Assembly: GCA_963716745.1 (NCBI GenBank)
Contig: OY970320.1
Location: 1,792,001 to 1,856,000 of the forward strand
Reading direction: 5' to 3'
DNA length: 64,000 bases
Origin: an uncultured Gemmatimonadaceae bacterium
Lineage (GTDB): Bacteria > Gemmatimonadota > Gemmatimonadetes > Gemmatimonadales > Gemmatimonadaceae
The first letter of the stretch is position 1. Each line of letters starts with the position of its first letter. The position numbers and the translations under genes are program-made. The notes under the pieces are model-generated. The model was not told the origin of the DNA. It saw only the letters and a program-made list of their open reading frames with translations, and did not search any database. Shown here piece by piece: positions 61,948-64,000 of this stretch.

Positions 61948-62169
61948 TTGGGGCAGATCTCGTTCGCGCGCGCGGAGCGAGTGGCCAAGGGCCACGCGTG
62001 CGAGAATTGCGGTGAGTACAGCTATAAGAAACTCATCGTGAAACCCGCCACGCTGTCGCAGACCAAGGCGACCGGCGAGGCGTGGCATGCGCTGAAGATC
62101 TGCGGGATCTGCGGACTCGAGTGCGAAATGGGGATCGACGATGAGGGCGAGATCGTCTCGCTGAGTTGA
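61948..62169 (+). CDS. Small putative zinc-binding protein (CxxC...CxxC)
   Basis: CENC and CGIC pairs; fills the gap between flanking genes exactly; TTG start. Confidence 0.7.
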   Translation: MGQISFARAERVAKGHACENCGEYSYKKLIVKPATLSQTKATGEAWHALKICGICGLECEMGIDDEGEIVSLS

Positions 62170-62173
62170 TATC

Positions 62174-63188
62174 GTGAACACCATCGACTTGCGCAGCCTG
62201 GACGTCGGCGCCCGCGTGCAGCACACGCTGCGCGTGGTCGAGCGCGCGGAGAAGACGACCGCGGGCGGCGACCCGTTCATCATCCTCACGCTCGGCAACG
62301 CGAGCGGCGACATCGACACCGCGCCGATCTGGAAGAATCTGCTCGAGGAAGGCTGGGCCGACGGCGCCGTGCGCGGCGCCGCCGTGCAGGCGATCGGTCA
62401 GGTCGATCGGTACGAGGCGCGTGGCAACGCCAAGCGGCAGCTCAAGCTCACGGCGCCGGTGCGCGTCCTCCCGCGCGAGGGGCTCGACCTCGCGCAATTC
62501 CTGCCGCACATCGCCGAGGACCCGCAGAAGTTGTGGGAGAAGATGGACGAGATGCGGCGCGGCATGTCCTCGCAGCAGCTGAAGCGCGTGCTCGGGCTGT
62601 TCTATGACGAAGATGCATTCCGCCTGCGCTTCGAGCGCGCACCCGCGTCCGTGGGCGGCCATCACAGCAAGGTGGGCGGTCTTCTGTTGCACGTGTGGGA
62701 GGTCGCCTACATCGCGCGCGGGATGGCGAAGGCGATGCGCGCGCGCGAGGATGTCGTGCTCGCCGGCGTACTCTTGCACGACATCGGGAAGATCGAAGCG
62801 TACGGCATCGGTTGGGAGGGCTTCACGCGAACGAGCGCCGGCCATCTCATCGAGCACGTGATCCTGGGATCGATGATGCTCGATGAGCGGCTCGCGCTCG
62901 CGGCGGCCGGCGGTGCGCCCGATGATCTCCGCCGATCAGCGACTCGAGCTGCAGCACATCATCCTCTCGCATCATGGCAAGCTCGAGAACGGGAGCCCGG
63001 TGCGGCCGCTCACGATCGAGGCTGAGATCGTGCATCGCGCGGATGATGCGTCGGCGAAATCGGCCGACATGGCGGACGGCGCGGCCGACGAAGAAGCATT
63101 CCGCTCCGGCGAGCAGTTCGGCGACAAGAGCAAGTTGTGGCGAGTGGATCGCCGCAGTCTCTGGCGTCCGCCGCACCGCTGGGAGTAG
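62174..63188 (+). CDS. YhaM-like OB-fold + HD-domain 3'-5' exoribonuclease, frameshifted near 62919
   Basis: OB-like N-terminus, PASVGGHHSKVGGLLLH, LLHDIGKIEAY, HIILSHHGKLENGSPVRP, EAEIVHRAD. Confidence 0.85.
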
Positions 63189-63394
63189 TGCGAGCGGCGC
63201 GCCGGAACCAACGGCGCGCGCCGCGGTATTACCAGATCACAGGGTGAGTTAGGGCGATTTCGGCCCGCACAACATTTCGACCCCCTGATGGGTTATCTTT
63301 CGTGCCGGCAAGGGTATGAACGTCCGTTCATTCAGTTGCCTGGATCGGCCTCCCACTGTTCGGGGAGCAGCCGGAGAGAGACTTGGAGGAGAAG

Positions 63395-63604
63395 ATGCGC
63401 AAACCCCGCCCCGCCACTTATAACCCTGCCCAGGCGCTGCAGCTCATCGCGAGCGACCGGACCGGCGCGCCTTTGAGCTGCCCATCCTGCTCCGGCGCGA
63501 TCACGCGCGACCCGATGAAGAAGCCGCCGCCGCCGCGCTCGCACGTCACGCTGCAGTGCGCGCAGTGCGGCCGCGTCGCCCGCTACATCGCCGGCGCCGC
63601 CTGA
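63395..63604 (+). CDS. Small zinc-ribbon protein (69 aa)
   Basis: GGAGGAG RBS; CPSC and CAQCGR. Confidence 0.7.
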   Translation: MRKPRPATYNPAQALQLIASDRTGAPLSCPSCSGAITRDPMKKPPPPRSHVTLQCAQCGRVARYIAGAA

Positions 63605-63788
63605 CTCACGGGGGCCGGGATCTCCCGGCCAGCAAGGGTCGGGCCAATACACATTCGGCGTGCACTCGATTAGATTAGAAAGACGTTCGTGGACACCGCC
63701 GCGTCGCGCCGGAGATTTCGCTCCGTCGGTCCGGAACTGGGGTCAGGCATTTACGCCAGCAATAACCAATCTTAGAAAGGAAAGCACC

Positions 63789-63995
63789 ATGTCTCGCATC
63801 ACCGGCACCGTGAAGTGGTTCAACGACGCGAAGGGCTTCGGCTTCATCTCGCACGAGGGCGGCCCCGATGTGTTCGTGCACTTCAGCGCGATCAGTGGCA
63901 GCGGCTTCAAGTCGCTCGCCGAGGGCGACAAGGTCGAATTCGAGATCGTTCAGGGGCAGAAGGGTCCACAGGCCGCTGACGTTCAGAAGGTCTAA
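63789..63995 (+). CDS. Cold-shock protein (CspA family)
   Basis: [16 protein letters not shown] (RNP1), DVFVHFSAI (RNP2), [13 protein letters not shown]. Confidence 0.97.
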   Translation: MSRITGTVKWFNDAKGFGFISHEGGPDVFVHFSAISGSGFKSLAEGDKVEFEIVQGQKGPQAADVQKV

Positions 63996-64000
63996 GTCGA

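Noticed and set aside
1..64000. Many long overlapping antisense or alternative-frame ORFs (e.g. 8637-11000, 14668-16539, 18459-21059, 55950-57926)
   Set aside because: Expected in high-GC DNA; Arg/Ala-rich, without motifs, and overlapping well-supported genes.

Overview
High-GC, densely coded bacterial chromosomal window with about 53 protein-coding genes. Protein style and gene content suggest Gemmatimonadota; this is an inference, not a database result. It is mostly housekeeping or lifestyle DNA: many exported peptidases and amidohydrolases, P5C dehydrogenase, a convergent type III and type I glutamine synthetase pair, two RND efflux operons, an ABC-2 exporter, c-di-GMP signalling genes, lepB, nfo, mscL, ettA, mqnD and a cold-shock gene. 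I found no rRNA, tRNA, CRISPR, integrase, transposase or recognisable defence genes. About nine genes carry single-base frameshifts, mostly +1 in short homopolymers, which most likely reflects sequencing or assembly error. Most notable observations: (1) an orphan plasmid-type replication initiator-like gene in a chromosomal cluster with a MerR-like HTH, an SDR and a charge-segregated histone-H1-like protein; (2) a 32-codon ORF after nfo that matches the C-terminus of the M20 peptidase about 10 kb away; (3) shared TGCACGA boxes upstream of both glutamine synthetases; (4) three long intergenic palindromes built from 7- or 9-nt units; (5) a tight CtpA, TolB-like, SPFH, Zn-finger, YhaM-like operon. 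No complete novel system can be demonstrated from the sequence alone.
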